Assembly: GCA_964658305.1 (NCBI GenBank)
Contig: OZ210885.1
Coordinates: forward strand, 5,456,001-5,520,000
DNA length: 64,000 bases
Direction: 5' to 3'
From: Leptogorgia sarmentosa
Lineage: Eukaryota
A model generated the notes under the pieces. It saw only the letters and a program-made list of their open reading frames with translations, searched no databases and was not told where the DNA came from. Positions 50,783 through 64,000 of this stretch are shown one piece after another. The position numbers were made by a program, and so were the translations under genes. How positions within the stretch are numbered: the first letter of the stretch is position 1; each line of letters opens with the position of its first letter.

Positions 50783-52010
50783 GCCTCATTAGCTCAGGTG
50801 TTAGAGCACTCACTGGTCTTGTTAACTAGAGGTCCAGAGTTCAAATCTCTGATGGGGCTGTGTGAATAAGTATTCATCCATTTCGTTTTTGGTAATTCGT
50901 GACAAGATATCATGTTAACTCTCGTGATTGTATGAAAAGTGTGACCAGAAACAAAATTTTTGAAGAGAATTTATTTCATGAAAATCATGTGATAATTCAG
51001 AAAATTAAGTTTAATTAACTTCTTAATATCCTTGTAGTCAATTTTCTGGACGCTGATTGGCAAAAAGCTTCAACAACTGTGCGAATTAATGCGAATTAAA
51101 CATTAATTACACAGGTGTGTAATTAATTTTTCAAATACCACGGTTTCGACCCGCGATATGCGAGCGGTAAATTTAAAAACAAGTAAAACCACAGTAAAAT
51201 TTTTGTTTTTCGTATGAATTTACGATGGTTTTGATTTGCTTGATATTGAAATTGCACTGAAATTGACTACTGTGCAAAATTGCACTTGTGTTTGTCGAAA
51301 TAAATAAATTTTCATTAATACTTCTCGAACCGTGTAATTTCCGCTCACTTGCATGTAATATATTCGTTATTATAATTCAATGAATGAGTAAATGGTAACG
51401 TTTTACAAAGAAAGAAAACAATTTTATAATCTTCTCTGCTATATTTAGCATTTTGAAACCTGACAATAGTGAAGAATTCTACCGCAAACGCTTGAGCTGC
51501 CTCATTAGCTCAGGGGTTAGAGCACTGGTTTCGTAAACCAGGGGTCCAGAGTTCAATTCTCTGATTTCTCTGATGAGGCTTCGGGAACTAGGAAGAACGT
51601 GGAAGGCATACGCCTGAAATGTCTTCCATATGCAGTTCAAGGTGGTAACATATTCGATTTTACAACTCAATCCAATTAAGTTTAATTAACTTCTGAGTTG
51701 GGTTTCTATTCTGAGTTGCAAGGGAATGAAATCGCCTCATTAGCTGAGGGGTTAAGCACTGGTCCAGTAAATTATCTAGTGGAATATAAAGAAAGAAGAA
51801 AAAGATAAACATGGAAGATAAACTCGGATAAACGAGAAAGATAACGTGGAAGATAAACGCCCCGAATTTCATTCGTATGCAGTTCAGGGTGTTAAAAACA
51901 ATACTGGAAGAGTAGTACAGTACGTTGGAAAAAACCACGAGGAGGTTTTTAGCAGGTCGCCTCCTTAGCTCAGGGGTTAGAGCGCTGGTTTCGCAAACCA
52001 GGGGTTCAGG
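50783..52010 (+). pseudogene. Unit 4 tRNA-Thr-derived cluster (50783-50859, 51499-51580, ~51734, ~51959)
   Basis: Paralogous copies with a CACT duplication, a 9-nt TTTCTCTGA duplication or truncation. Confidence 0.65.
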
Positions 52011-53881
52011 TTTATTTTATTTAATATTTCTCATGTGTACAAATATTTAATTGAACATAATTTTTCGTCGTTTAACAATGAAAAACATTACTGACATACG
52101 TTGTGCCAAATCTAATAATAATTTTTTTAACATGTATAGTGGAAGTAGTTCTTTATTTGAATTAAAATCCCATTTTAACACCTGTGTGAACACATGAAGC
52201 TGCACATGTGTGAATTCACATGTGTAAGACGTGAAGTCATCTGAGCATTCACATGTCGGGCTTCACATATGTGACGGCTTGAAATATTTGATAATTATTC
52301 ACATGTGTGAACAAATTCATGTCTGTGAAATTTCACACACGGGAAGCCTTCACATGTTTAAGCTTTCACACATGTGGAAATTCACATGTGTAGATTCACA
52401 TGTTGCAAATTAACATGTTCAATTTCTCGCATGTGGAAATTGACATGGGTAGATTCACGTGTTCCAAATTCACATGTTCAATTTCTCACATGTGAAAAGG
52501 GGAAGTTTCCTTGTCTAGTTCATGTAGGCGTACATTGGGGCCGAAAAAGAAAAATTTCATTTTTTTCTATATTGCACACCTTTGGTTAAATTTTTACCGA
52601 TGTTGCTGTGGGCAAATACAACTCTAGCGACACCCATTTTCCCCGCACATGCATTACCATAATTTATGATTCGATATCAAATTACACTAGTTAATTTTTA
52701 ATTAATATGAATTGCCATTAAATATCAATTTACAGTTGTACCCAAACTCCATTATGTGATGGAGCAATCCGACTATAATATATATACAATAGAAAAGATA
52801 TATGCATATAAGAAAGTTTTGTCCGGACGCGTACGAAATGTTTGAGTCAAAACTTCAATTTTTCAACCAATATGAAACTCCTCTTATTAGTAAATTCGTA
52901 GCGTTATATTGGTAATTGTTGTTTTAGTGGTATCACCGATATTCAAGATTTTGTCCTTGAATGAAAACGTTGAATGGTTGGGTGAAAATGTGCATAGCTT
53001 TCCTTAGAACTCTTACAGGGGACATTTAATATTAATAATACTAAATGAAAATAAAAATATTTAATATATCAATGAACCACTAAAACCACAATGCAGCACG
53101 TTATCAATAAAGGAAATACAGTATTAGAAGTTGGACAAGCCATATTAATATAAGTTGTCATCAGAAATTGTACGATTGTTTGATCCTGTGTTAGAACAAG
53201 TGGACGAACGAATATCTTCGAAAACTGATACAGCGTAGTGGGAAACAAAGTCGTGAAACACCACAATTTTTGAAGGAATGATTTTCTGATTTAATTCAAT
53301 AATTTTGAAAAAATTTTAAAAATCTAGAAAATGCCGAATTTTCAACGAATCTTCAGTGACGTCTTTTTCGCAACTCAGTGAAATCGGAAAAAACGTCAAC
53401 CACAAATAGAAAGGCACAATATCAATTTTTACACGCGTTCAGCCGAACGTGTAATGACCACATGTGAAAATTAACAGCTTACGTGAAATTGAAAATTTAA
53501 AGTTTTTGTGACGTCATACGAGAAAATCGCATTTTCGTCGCTTTCCCTTTGGTAATTTTTTTGAAACATTGCGGGATTAAATGAAACCGCAAGTTGTAGA
53601 AAATTATCAATTTTCGTAATCTAAGATACACAAAAGGTGTTTCACGATTATACGTTGTATCAAGAGGAAATAAATTGTATTCAAGCGACTACAACATTTT
53701 GTTAAAACTACTAGGGAGCCACCTTGCTCATCATGGTGTGAATATATTAGACTATTAGACTATATTTCACTATGAAAGGCTCGTATCCCTGCTGTGAGTT
53801 CGTACGTGTACTTAAAAGGTAGTTTGTCGTGAAAAACATTCACATTGTTGACATTAGGAAGATCTTTCGCCCCCGTTGAGA

Positions 53882-55159
53882 CTAAATGGAGACTAAACGC
53901 TTTGCATTAGTTGCATGACCCCAGTGCCCTCGTTCATGCCTCTTCAAGTCACCTTTTTGACTAAATTTCCTGGCACATTGTTCACACTGGAAAGGTTTTT
54001 CTCCAGTGTGCACTCGTTCGTGTCTCTTCAAGTCACCTTTTTGACTAAATTTCCTGGCACATTGTTCACACTGGAAAGGTTTTTCTCCATTGAGAGTTCC
54101 TTCGTGTGTCTTCAAGTTACTTGGGTGATTAAATGTCTTACCACATTGTTCACACTGGAAAGGTTTTTCTCCAGTGTGCACTCGTTCGTGTGTCTTTAAG
54201 CTACTTGTGTGACGAAATGTCATACCACATTGTTCACATTGGAAAGGTCTTTCTCCAGTGTGCACTCGCTCGTGTGTCTTCAAGTTACTTGGGCGACTAA
54301 ATGTCTTACCACATTGTTCACACTGGAAAGGTTTTTCTCCAGTGTGCACTCGTTCGTGTCTCTTCAAGTTACTTGGGCGACTAAATGTCTTACCACATTG
54401 TTCACACTGGAAAGGTTTTTCTCTAGTGTGTACTCGTTCGTGTGTTTGTAAGTTGATTTGCTGATTAAATGTCTTACCACCTTGTTCACATTGGAAAGGT
54501 TTTTCTCCAGTGTGTACTCGTTCGTGTCTCTTCAAGTTACATTTCAGACTAAATTTCCTGCCACATTTTTCACACTGGAAAGGTTTTTCTCCAGTGTGCA
54601 CTCGTTCGTGTGTCTTCAAGTTACTTGGGCGACTAAATGTCTTACCACATTGTTCACACTGGAAAGGTTTTTCTCCAGTGTGCACTCGTTCGTGTCTCTT
54701 TAAGCTACTTGGGCAACTAAATGTCCTGCTGCATTGTTCACACTGGAAAGGTTTTTCTCCAGTGTGCACTCGTTCGTGTGTCTGTAAGTTGATTTGCTGA
54801 TTAAAAGCCTTACCACATTGTTCACATTGGAAAGATCTTTCGCCTGTGTGAATTCGTCCGTGTGTCGCCAAATGACTTTTATCTTTGCATGCCTTACCAC
54901 ATTGTTGAGAGTCTGTTAAACGATAAAAGAATTAGGGGTGAAAAGGAAAATGAAGGACAATTATACTGAATATTTACCATTTTGACTATTTGCTCAGTGG
55001 TTTTGTGAATGGTTGTTTGTATAGTGAAAAACGTTCATTAAACTTACAAATATAATGATCATCATCAGGAATTTCTTCTTCAGTGTCATTCGGACATTCA
55101 GTACGGCTTGTAGATTTTCTCGTAATGTGTGAGGGGAGCGGGTGCGACACATCCCCCAT
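53882..55159 (-). CDS. PRDM9-like copy 5, PR/SET-deleted: SSXRD-like exon + 11 finger repeats, two with lost Zn ligands (~380 aa); exons 55159-55048, 54912-53882
   Basis: Same deletion junction as copies 1 and 2. Fingers CEQG... (Cys>Gly) and HEGTL (His>Leu) are degenerate. Confidence 0.72.
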
Positions 55160-57426
55160 TATCACAATCTGAAAAAGGTAGAGTTAAGACTCTAAAATGG
55201 CCGTTTCCAGCGATCTGCTCTCTAAATTCAAACGATTGAAAATTCAATCTATTTATCCGTAAAAACATTCTCTTTCGTATTGTTTTTACCGACCAAACTT
55301 TTTCTATTGGAAATCAATCCTACTACATTTTAAAAATGCAGTTGCAAATTGAAACGCTAATATCTTGAGCAATACTTTACGAAAATACATGTATTATACG
55401 TCAAAATTTAAGTTGGGCTTTTATGAATTCAGCTACATTTATTTGAACGATGTAGCGCTTATGCTTTCCTCACTTAACTAAGGGGCTGTTTACATGAGCC
55501 CGGTTTGGCTGGCCCGCTTCAACGAGGCGCCCGGCTTCATACTAATTTCTTATTAATTATAACAATTCGACTTTACATGCAAACCGGGCTAGCCCGCTTA
55601 GGTGGGATCTCGCTTGACTCAAACGGGGCGCCCGCTCAACCGGGATGAATTTTTTTTTTGTTTTTGTAAAAAAAAGCCGAAATTTTGTTTTTATGTTGAA
55701 AAAATCATGATGAAAAGGCCGAATTTTTGTACGGCTGAAACGGTTTCACAATCCTTATAAAAAAGCACAGTTTTTTTCAACCAGAAAGGTAAATCTAATT
55801 CCTTTTTTATGCAAAAAATAAAATATTTTCTAAAAAGACTACCTTTCAAGTTTAAAATGAGATTTTCGAGCTCTGAAGATCTGTGTCGGTTCATTTTTAA
55901 CTAACTAGAATAGATGTCGCTACTTCTTCAGTCGTCTTGAAGGCAGCAAATGATATCAGAATGTCAAAAAAGGAAGAAAACCGAAAAATCCTTTGCAAAA
56001 ACCAAAAATCCAAAATATTTTCGCAAAAACAAATCTTTAGCGGGCTCAAAGTTAGTTGTGGTCAGTGGTGCTCCAATGAAAATTAGGAACCAGCTAGTGG
56101 CGTGGATTTGAATGAATCCACGCCACAATTTTGGCTTCACTTTTTGTTGCCGTGCATTCTCTCCAGTATTTCTTTAAGCTCAGTGATTAAAATCGTTTCG
56201 AATAAAGGCGGGCGGGAGAGACATAATTTTAGGCGACCCAAAAATTTAGTGCTTCTTTGGTGCCGCACTAAATGGTTTATATCGTCCAGACGAATAATTC
56301 GTCTCCCGCCCGTCTTTATGCGAAACGATTTCAAGACATCTTAAAATGCCGGTTGGCCAAAGTCGTCCAGACGCATTATTCGTCTGTAAAAACGGCCGTT
56401 ACGTAAATATTCTCACTTCGTATCATCGTATCATGATAACAAGTCATAGTTTCAAAAATGAACGGGCATTCTATAATTTGACCTTTGGTTTATTTTGTGA
56501 AAAATACGTGCACTTGCACTACAGTCACTATATATATAGTCATGTTGCAATTGTTCCTAAATATAAATATACAAATACATCCAGACATCACAAAATGTAA
56601 ACAATATAAACTGCGATATAAACAATGCAGTCCGGAAATCATTTCGTTGATGAATGACAAGGCCTTAAAATATCGGCCAGCAGGCAGTCTGACATTCAGA
56701 ATGAGTCGGACATTTTAAAAATTATCTCCGATGGCCATGAGGCTAATTTTAAAATCATGTTGACAGTATAGGCTGATTTCCCCTTGCACGTGTTTTTAAA
56801 TTCAGCACGTTCACGCACGTAAAGTATGAAATAAGCGAATAACGACTGACAAATTACTGTGTAATGAAGCGAAAATAAAGACATATACGAGCCAAAATAA
56901 TGTAGCGAACAAAGGCGTGGCAGAACGCTGTGCAACCGGACAGTAAGGCGCGTTTTAGACGTCGAATTTCTGTCGCATTGAATGCAATTCAAACAATAGA
57001 AAATGAAATAACTTTGCTCATTAACTATGGTTTGAATTTTATTAGGCGCGACGAAAATTTGACGTCTAAAATGGGCCTAAACAACATAGAAACATACCTG
57101 AAGGATGACGATTTTTGCTAGGTCTTTGAATATTCGAAAATCATTCAGACATTCACAGATTCACTTCACCTGGCCGAACGAATCGCTGTCGGATAATGTT
57201 CGGAATAGCTCGGTAATTAATTGGTCCTTCGAATTTCCAAAGGAATTTGAAACAATTAAAAAATTTTCCTCTTTCAGCTGAACATTCGAATTAAGAAAAT
57301 AAATTTGCACAGCTAGAAAAGACTAATAAATTTGGTAAAATAAATGCGAATTTGGACAGTATTGTATACGCGTATTCGCCAATTTCATCTCGAGTGCGCC
57401 GTAAAGACGTGATAATTGAGGATAAT

Positions 57427-57738
57427 AAATGAGGATAAAACGTGGATTCGGTAAGCGGATTCCGCATAGAGGATAAAACGCCGATTCCACAAATGAGGAT
57501 AAAACGCGGATTCCGCACATCAGGATAAAACGCGGATTCCGCAAATGAGGTTAAAACGCGGATTCCGCAAATGAGGATAAAACGCGGATTCCGCAAATTA
57601 GGATAAAACACGGATTCCGCAAATGAGGATAAAACGCGGATTCCGCAAATGAGGATAAAACGCGGATTCCGCAAATGAGGATGAAACGCGGATTCCGTAT
57701 GCGAATTCCGCACATGAGGATAAAACGCGGATTCCGCA
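57427..57738. repeat. 26-bp minisatellite, unit 5
   Basis: Same repeat unit; variant order nearly identical to unit 3. Confidence 0.95.
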
Positions 57739-58323
57739 AAACTCATGGGTGAGACCGCATTTCTGCGCGTTCATTTTCCAAGGCCGAGCAACTGATTGAA
57801 ATTGACTGGACTGTTAACTTTCAATGGCAATTCACTGCGTGAAGTTTAACAACTGGACTGCTATCGTGAATTGTGATTTCACAATTTTACCAATTTTTAC
57901 CTTAGGGACCGTTCATTATTTATGCCCGGGGTTGGTACCGAAGAGAAAGAAAAAAATAGTGCAAATATTATTTTTACCCAACCTCGGCATGCCTAAAAAA
58001 ATTTTTTACCCAACCCCTGTATATTTCCTAAAATATAAATCTACTATGTGGTGAATATATCTACTATGTGATGAATACCAATTTCATTTCACCTACCGTT
58101 GGTATATCAGGCTAAATTTTTTTTTACCCAACCCATGAGCTAGTCAAAAAATTGATTACCCAACCCATATATCTTCGATACCAATCCCAGGCATAGATAA
58201 TGAACGGTCCCTTAGTCGCATTATCGCTCTAATCACCCCTAGATCAACCCCTGCCTGATGGGGCTTTGTGAATAAGTATTCACCCATTTCGTTTTTTATT
58301 ACTCGTTGCAAGATATCAAATTC

Positions 58324-59543
58324 GCCTCATTAGCTCAGGGGTTAGAGCACTGGTCTTGTAAACTAGATAGATGTCCCGAGTTCAAATCTCCGATGGGGCT
58401 GTGTGAATAAGTATTCATCCATTTCGTTTTTGGTTATTCGTGACAACATATCAAGTTAACTCTCGTGATTGTATGAAAAGTGTGACCAGAAACAAAATTT
58501 TTGAAGAGAATTTATTTCATGAAAATCATGTGATAATTCAGAAAATTAAGTTTAATTAACTTCTTAATATCCTTGTAGTCAATTTTCTGGACGCTGATTG
58601 GCTAAAAAGCTTCAACAACTGTGCGAATTAATGCGAATTAAACATTAATTACACAGGTGTGTAATTAATTTTTCAAATACCACGGTTTCGACCCGCGAAA
58701 TTTAAAATCAAGTAAAACCACACTAAAATTTTTGTTTTTCGTATGAATTTACGATGGTTTTGATTTGTTTGATATTGAAATTGCACTGAAATTGACTACT
58801 GTGAAAAATTGCACTTGTGTTTGGCGAAATAAATAAATTTTCATTAATACTTCTCGAACCGTGTAATTTCCGCTCACTTGCATGTAATATATTCGTTATT
58901 ATAATTCAATGAATGAGTAAATGGTAACGTTTTACAAAGAAAGAAAACAATTTTATAATCTTCTCTGCTATATTTAGAATTTTGAAACCTGAGAATAGTG
59001 AAGAATTCTACCGCAAACGCTTGACCTGCCTCATTAGCTCAGGGGTTAGAGCACTGGTTTCGTAAACCAGGGGTCCAGAGTTCAATTCTCTGACTTCTCT
59101 GATGAGGCTTCGGAAACTAGGAAGAACGTGGAAGGCATACGCCTGAAATGTCTTCCATATGCAGTTCAAGGTGTTAACATATTCGATTTTACAACTCAAT
59201 ATAATTAAGTTTAATTAACTTCTGAGTTGGATTTCTATTCTGAGTTCCAAGGGAATGAAATCGCCTCATTAGCTCAGGGGTTAAGCACTGGTCCAGTAAA
59301 TTATCTAGTGGAATATAAAGAAAGAAGAAAAAGATAAACATGGAAGATAAACTCGGATAAACGAGAAAGATAACGTGGAAGATAAACGCCCCGAATTTCA
59401 TTCACATGCAGTTCAGGGTGTTAAAAACAATATTGGAGGAGTAGTACAGTAGCTACGTTGGAAAAAAACACGAGGAGGTTTTTAGCAGGTCGCCTCCTTA
59501 GCTCAGGTGTTAGAGCGCTGTTTTCGCAAACCAGGGGTTCGGG
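58324..59543 (+). pseudogene. Unit 5 tRNA-Thr-derived cluster (58324-58400, 59028-59109, ~59263, ~59492)
   Basis: Paralogous copies with a 4-nt (TAGA) duplication, a 9-nt insertion or truncation. Confidence 0.65.
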
Positions 59544-61941
59544 TTTATTTTATTTAATATTATTACAATAATATAATAATAATAATATTACAACATTTTG
59601 ATTTTATGACAAGTTAGTGCGAGCGGAATTCAATTTTTTGGGGAAAGCTTATTCAACGTTGTCTCAACATTATATCTAGGACGTCGTTGCATGAACATTA
59701 TAGAGTTGACGTTTTTTAACGTGGAATTAAGCGGTAATTTTCCTTCTTAGCAACTAAAATTCAGTTTCAACATCGTTTTTAAGACGTCGGATCAACGTTA
59801 TAGAATTGACGGTGTATTAACGTGAAATCGACGTTACTTCATATTTGTTGTTAACTGGCAACCAACATTTTCAAAATGATATAAAAATAGAAAATTAAAA
59901 GAGTTTATAAAAGCACGAAGAGCAAGAACAAGAATGGAAAAGATACAGGTTAGTAGAAGGTAAAATTAGATCGTTTTAACGTATTAAAATATGGTTTTAA
60001 ATCCTTCAACCAGAGAAATACAAAAATACACAAAAGGCGGGAAAATGTGCGAAAAATACCAAATTTGTAGACCTTTAGAATTCACAGTACCTTGCGAGTG
60101 TTTCATGAAGCCTGTAGAAAGTTTTTTTTTCAAGACAAGTATTGCGTGTGTTACTTAATCTTAACATTTCTCATGTGTATAAATATTTAATTGAACATAA
60201 TTTTTCGTCTTTTAACAATGAAAAACATTACTGACATACGTTGTGCCAAATCTAATAATAATTTTTTTAACATGTATAGTGGAAGTAGTTCTTTATTTGA
60301 ATTAAAATCCCATTTTAACACCTGTGTGAACACATGAAGCTGCACATGTGTGAATTCAAACGTGTAAGACGTGAAGTCATCTGAGCATTCACATGTCGGG
60401 CTTCACATATGTGACGGCTTGAAATATTTGATAATTATTCACATGTGTGAACAAATTCATGTCTGTGAAATTTCACACACGGGAAGCCTTCACATGTTTA
60501 AGCTTTCACACATGTGGAAATTCACATGCGTAGATTCACATCTTGCAAATTAACATGTTCAATTTCTCACATGTGAAAAGGGGAAGTTTCCTTGTCTAGT
60601 TCATCTAGGCGTACATTGGGGCCGAAAAAGAAAAATTTCAGTTTTTTCTATATTGCACACCTTTGGTTAAATTTTTACCGACGACCGCTCTTAAACGCAA
60701 GTGTAATATGGGCGGGAAAATATGCGAAACCAACAAAGAGGCAGTCGAATGTTGCTGTGGGCAAATACAACTCTAGCGACACCCATTTTCCCTGCACATG
60801 CATTACCATAATTTATGATTCGATATCAAATTACACTAGTTAATTTTTAATTAATATGAATTGCCATTAAATATCAATTTACAGTTGTACCCAAACTCCA
60901 TTATGTGATGGAGCAATCCGACTATAATATATATACAATAGAAAAGATATATGCATATAAGAAAGTTTTGTCCGGACGCGTACGAAATGTTTGAGTCAAA
61001 ACTTCAATTTTTCAACCAATATGAAACTCCTCTTATTAGTAAATTCGTAGCGTTATATTGGTAATTGTTGTTTTAGTGGTATCACCGATATTCAAGATTT
61101 TATCCTTGAATGAAAACGTTGAATGGTTGGGTGAAAATGTGCATAGCTTTCCTTAGAGGTCTTACAGGGGACATTTAATATTAATAATATTAAATAAAAA
61201 TAAAAACATTTAATATATCAATGAACCACTAAAACCACAATGCAGCACGCTATCAATAAAGGAAATACAGTATTAGAAGGTGGAAAGCCATATTAATATA
61301 AGTTGTCATCAGAAATTGTACGATTGTACGATCCTGTGTTAGAAAAAGTGGACGAACGAATATCTTCGAAAACTGATACAGCGTAGTGGGAAACAACGTC
61401 GTGAAACACCACAAATTTAAAAATCTAGAAAATGCCGAATTTTCAACGAATCTTCAGTGACGTCTTTTTCGCAACTCAGTGAAATCGGAAAAAAGCGTCA
61501 ACCACAAATAGAAAGGCACAATATCAATTTTTACACGCGTTCAGCCGAACGTGTAATGACCACATGTGAAAATTAACAGCTTACGTGAAATTGAAAATTT
61601 GAATTTTTTGTGACGTCATACGAGAAAATCGCATTTTCGTCGCTTTCCCTTTGGTAATTTTTTTGAAACATTGCGGGATTAAATGAAACCGCAAGTTGTA
61701 TAAAATTATCAATTTTCGTAATCTAAGATACACAAAAGGTGTTTCACGATTATACGTTGTATCAAGAGGAAATAAATTGTATTCAAGCGACTACAACATT
61801 TTGTTAAAACAACTAGGGAGCCACCTTGTTCATCATGGTGTGAATATATTAGACTATTAGACTATATTTCACTATGAAAGGCTCGTATCCCTCCTGTGAG
61901 TTCGTACGTGTACTTAAAAGGTAGTTTGTCGTGAAAAACAT

Positions 61942-63590
61942 TCACATTGTTGACATTAGGAAGATCTTTCGCCTCCGTTGAGACCAAATGGAGACTAAAC
62001 GCTTTGCATTAGTTGCATGACCCCAGTGCCCTCGTTCATGCCTCTTCAAGTCACCTTTTTGACTAAATTTCCTGCCACATTGTTCACACTGGAAAGGTTT
62101 TTCTCCAGTGTGAATTCCTTCGTGTGTCTTCAAGTTACTTGGGTGATTAAATGTCTTACCACATTGTTCACACTGGAAAGGTTTTTCTCCAGTGTGCACT
62201 CGTTCGTGCGTCTTCAAGTGACTTCGTTGACTAAATGTCTTACCACATTGTTCACAATGGAAAGGTTTTTCTCCAGTGTGTACTCGTTTGTGTCTCTTCA
62301 AGTCACCTTTTTGACTAAATGTCCTGGCACATTGTTCACACTGGAAAGGTTTTTCTCCATTGTGAATTCCTTCGTGTGTCTTCAAGTTACTTGGGTGATT
62401 AAATGTCTTACCACATTGTTCACACTGGAAAGGTTTTTCTCCAGTGTGAACTCGTTCGTGTGTCTTCAAGTTACTTGGGCGACTAAATGTCCTACCACAT
62501 TGTTCACAGTGGAAAGGTTTTTCTCCAGTGTGCACTCGTTCGTGTGTCTTTAAGCTACTTGAGCAACGAAATGTCATACCGCATTTTTCACATTGGAAAG
62601 GTTTTTCTGCAGTATGCACTCGTTCGTGTCTCTTTAAGCTACTTGAGCAACGAAATGTCTTACCGCATTGTTCACATTGGAAAGGTCTTTCTCCAGTGTG
62701 TACTCTTTCGTGTTTCTTTAAGTCACCTTTCTGGCTAAATGTCTTACCACATTGTTCACACTGGAAAGGTTTTTCTCCATTGTGCACTCGTTCATGCCTC
62801 TTCAAGTCACCTTTTTGACAAAATTTCCTGCAACATTGTTCACACTGGAAAGGTTTTTCTCCAGTGTGCACGCGTTCGTGTGTCTTTAAGCTACTTGGGG
62901 AACGAAATGTCTTACCACATTGTTCACATTGGAAAGGTCTTTCTCCAGTGTGCACTCGTTCGTGTGTCTTTAAGTGACTTGGTTGACTAAATGTCTTACC
63001 ACATTGCTCACACTGGAAAGGCTTTTCTCCAGTGTGCACTCGTTCGTGTCTCTTCAAGTTACTTGGGCGACTAAATGTCTTACCACATTGTTCACACTGG
63101 AAAGGTTTTTCTCCAGTGTGCACTCGTTCGTGTGTCTGTAAGTTGATTTGCTGATTAAATGCCTTACCGCATTGTTCACATTGGAAAGGTCTTTCTGGAA
63201 GATGAAGTCGTTCATGTTTCTCTAAGTTGATTTGCTGATTAAATGCCTTGCCACATTGTTCACATTGGAAAGATCTTTCGCCAGTGTGAATTCGTCCGTG
63301 TTTCGCCAAATTACTTTTACTTTTGAATGGCTTACCACATTGCTGGCATTGAAATGGCGTTTCCCCGCTGTTAACTCTACACCAATGTCTTTCCTCATTG
63401 TCAATTTGCTCGTGTTCGTGTTCCCTCCTACTAATATGGGAATTAAGGTAATCTTCGCTGGTGTATTTTCTACTACACTGAGGACATTCCCATAGTTCTG
63501 TGCACGTCAACAATGGACACCTTCGTACGTGAGATTCCAGGTAATTGAAATAGGTAAACATTCTTCCACAGTGTTTGCAAGTATGACCGC
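61942..63590 (-). CDS. PRDM9: Last exon of PRDM9-like copy 6 (post-SET fingers + 16-finger array); upstream exons outside window
   Basis: Acceptor ttgaag| at 63591/63590, then (G)[24 protein letters not shown] as in copy 3. The TAG of copies 2/5 is TGG here, extending the C-terminus by 14 aa. Confidence 0.8.
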
Positions 63591-64000
63591 CTTCAAGAAG
63601 ACAAAGTATGAATTGAAAAAAACAACCATTGAATAGGATGTGGAGGGGAGATACGAATGTTTGTAATCATTAGCATATAGTACGTTCACTTATATTTTCC
63701 ATTGCAAGTGTGGAAGTATCCTGATTTAGACAACCACGGAATTTCTCGTTTCTCCCAAACTTCCACGCATGTTTCAATTTAACAATTAGACAACGAGGTC
63801 GAGTTGTCTATGAGCGAATAGTGAACGAGGACGAACTCCGAGTTGAATATTCGCTCATAGACAACGAGACAGAGTTGTCTATACCCAGAATTATTTATAT
63901 CAAGAAAATTCTTCAGAAACATCAGCAAAATGCGAGTTTTCTGCAGGTTTCCTTTGCTTTTTCGCGAACCGTCATCTATTTAACAATTAGTCGCCGAAGG

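Larger units (their letters stand above)
6660..64000 (-). repeat. Tandem segmental array of six PRDM9-like gene units (approx. U1 6660-13260, U2 13265-23820, U3 23825-36673, U4 36674-52025, U5 52025-59650, U6 59652->64000)
   Basis: The same ordered blocks recur with high identity: AACGTT-rich block (deleted at the U4/U5 junction), CACATGTG repeat, 3' flank, ZnF exon, SSXRD-like exon, shared upstream block, 26-bp minisatellite, Harbinger-like MITE and tRNA-Thr cluster. U6 runs off the window after its ZnF exon. Confidence 0.95.

Overview
AT-rich, intron-containing eukaryotic DNA from an invertebrate animal. The repeat landscape feels cnidarian-like, but this is not proven. Bases ~1-6.6 kb hold a small spliced beta/gamma-crystallin-fold gene (+ strand), a tRNA-derived SINE and dispersed repeats. 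From ~6.66 kb to the window end is a head-to-tail array of six 6.6-15 kb units, each with a minus-strand PRDM9-like gene ending in an 84-bp minisatellite C2H2 zinc-finger exon (9-22 fingers, a different array in each copy). Copies 3 and 4 are spliced genes with an SSXRD-like exon, zinc knuckle, PR/SET domain (all three catalytic Tyr retained) and ZnF array. Copy 6 has the same type of last exon, but its 5' part lies outside the window. Copies 1, 2 and 5 share one in-frame deletion that removes the zinc knuckle and entire PR/SET domain, fusing the SSXRD-like exon to the finger array, so they are predicted 'reader-only' paralogues. No KRAB exon was found. Units also carry a decaying tRNA-Thr cluster, a 26-bp minisatellite, a CACATGTG-rich repeat and copy-specific MITE insertions. 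The empty sites of several insertions (Kolobok-, Tc1/mariner-, hAT-, Spy- and Crypton-like) can be read in sister units. All calls were made by eye; no database searches were run.
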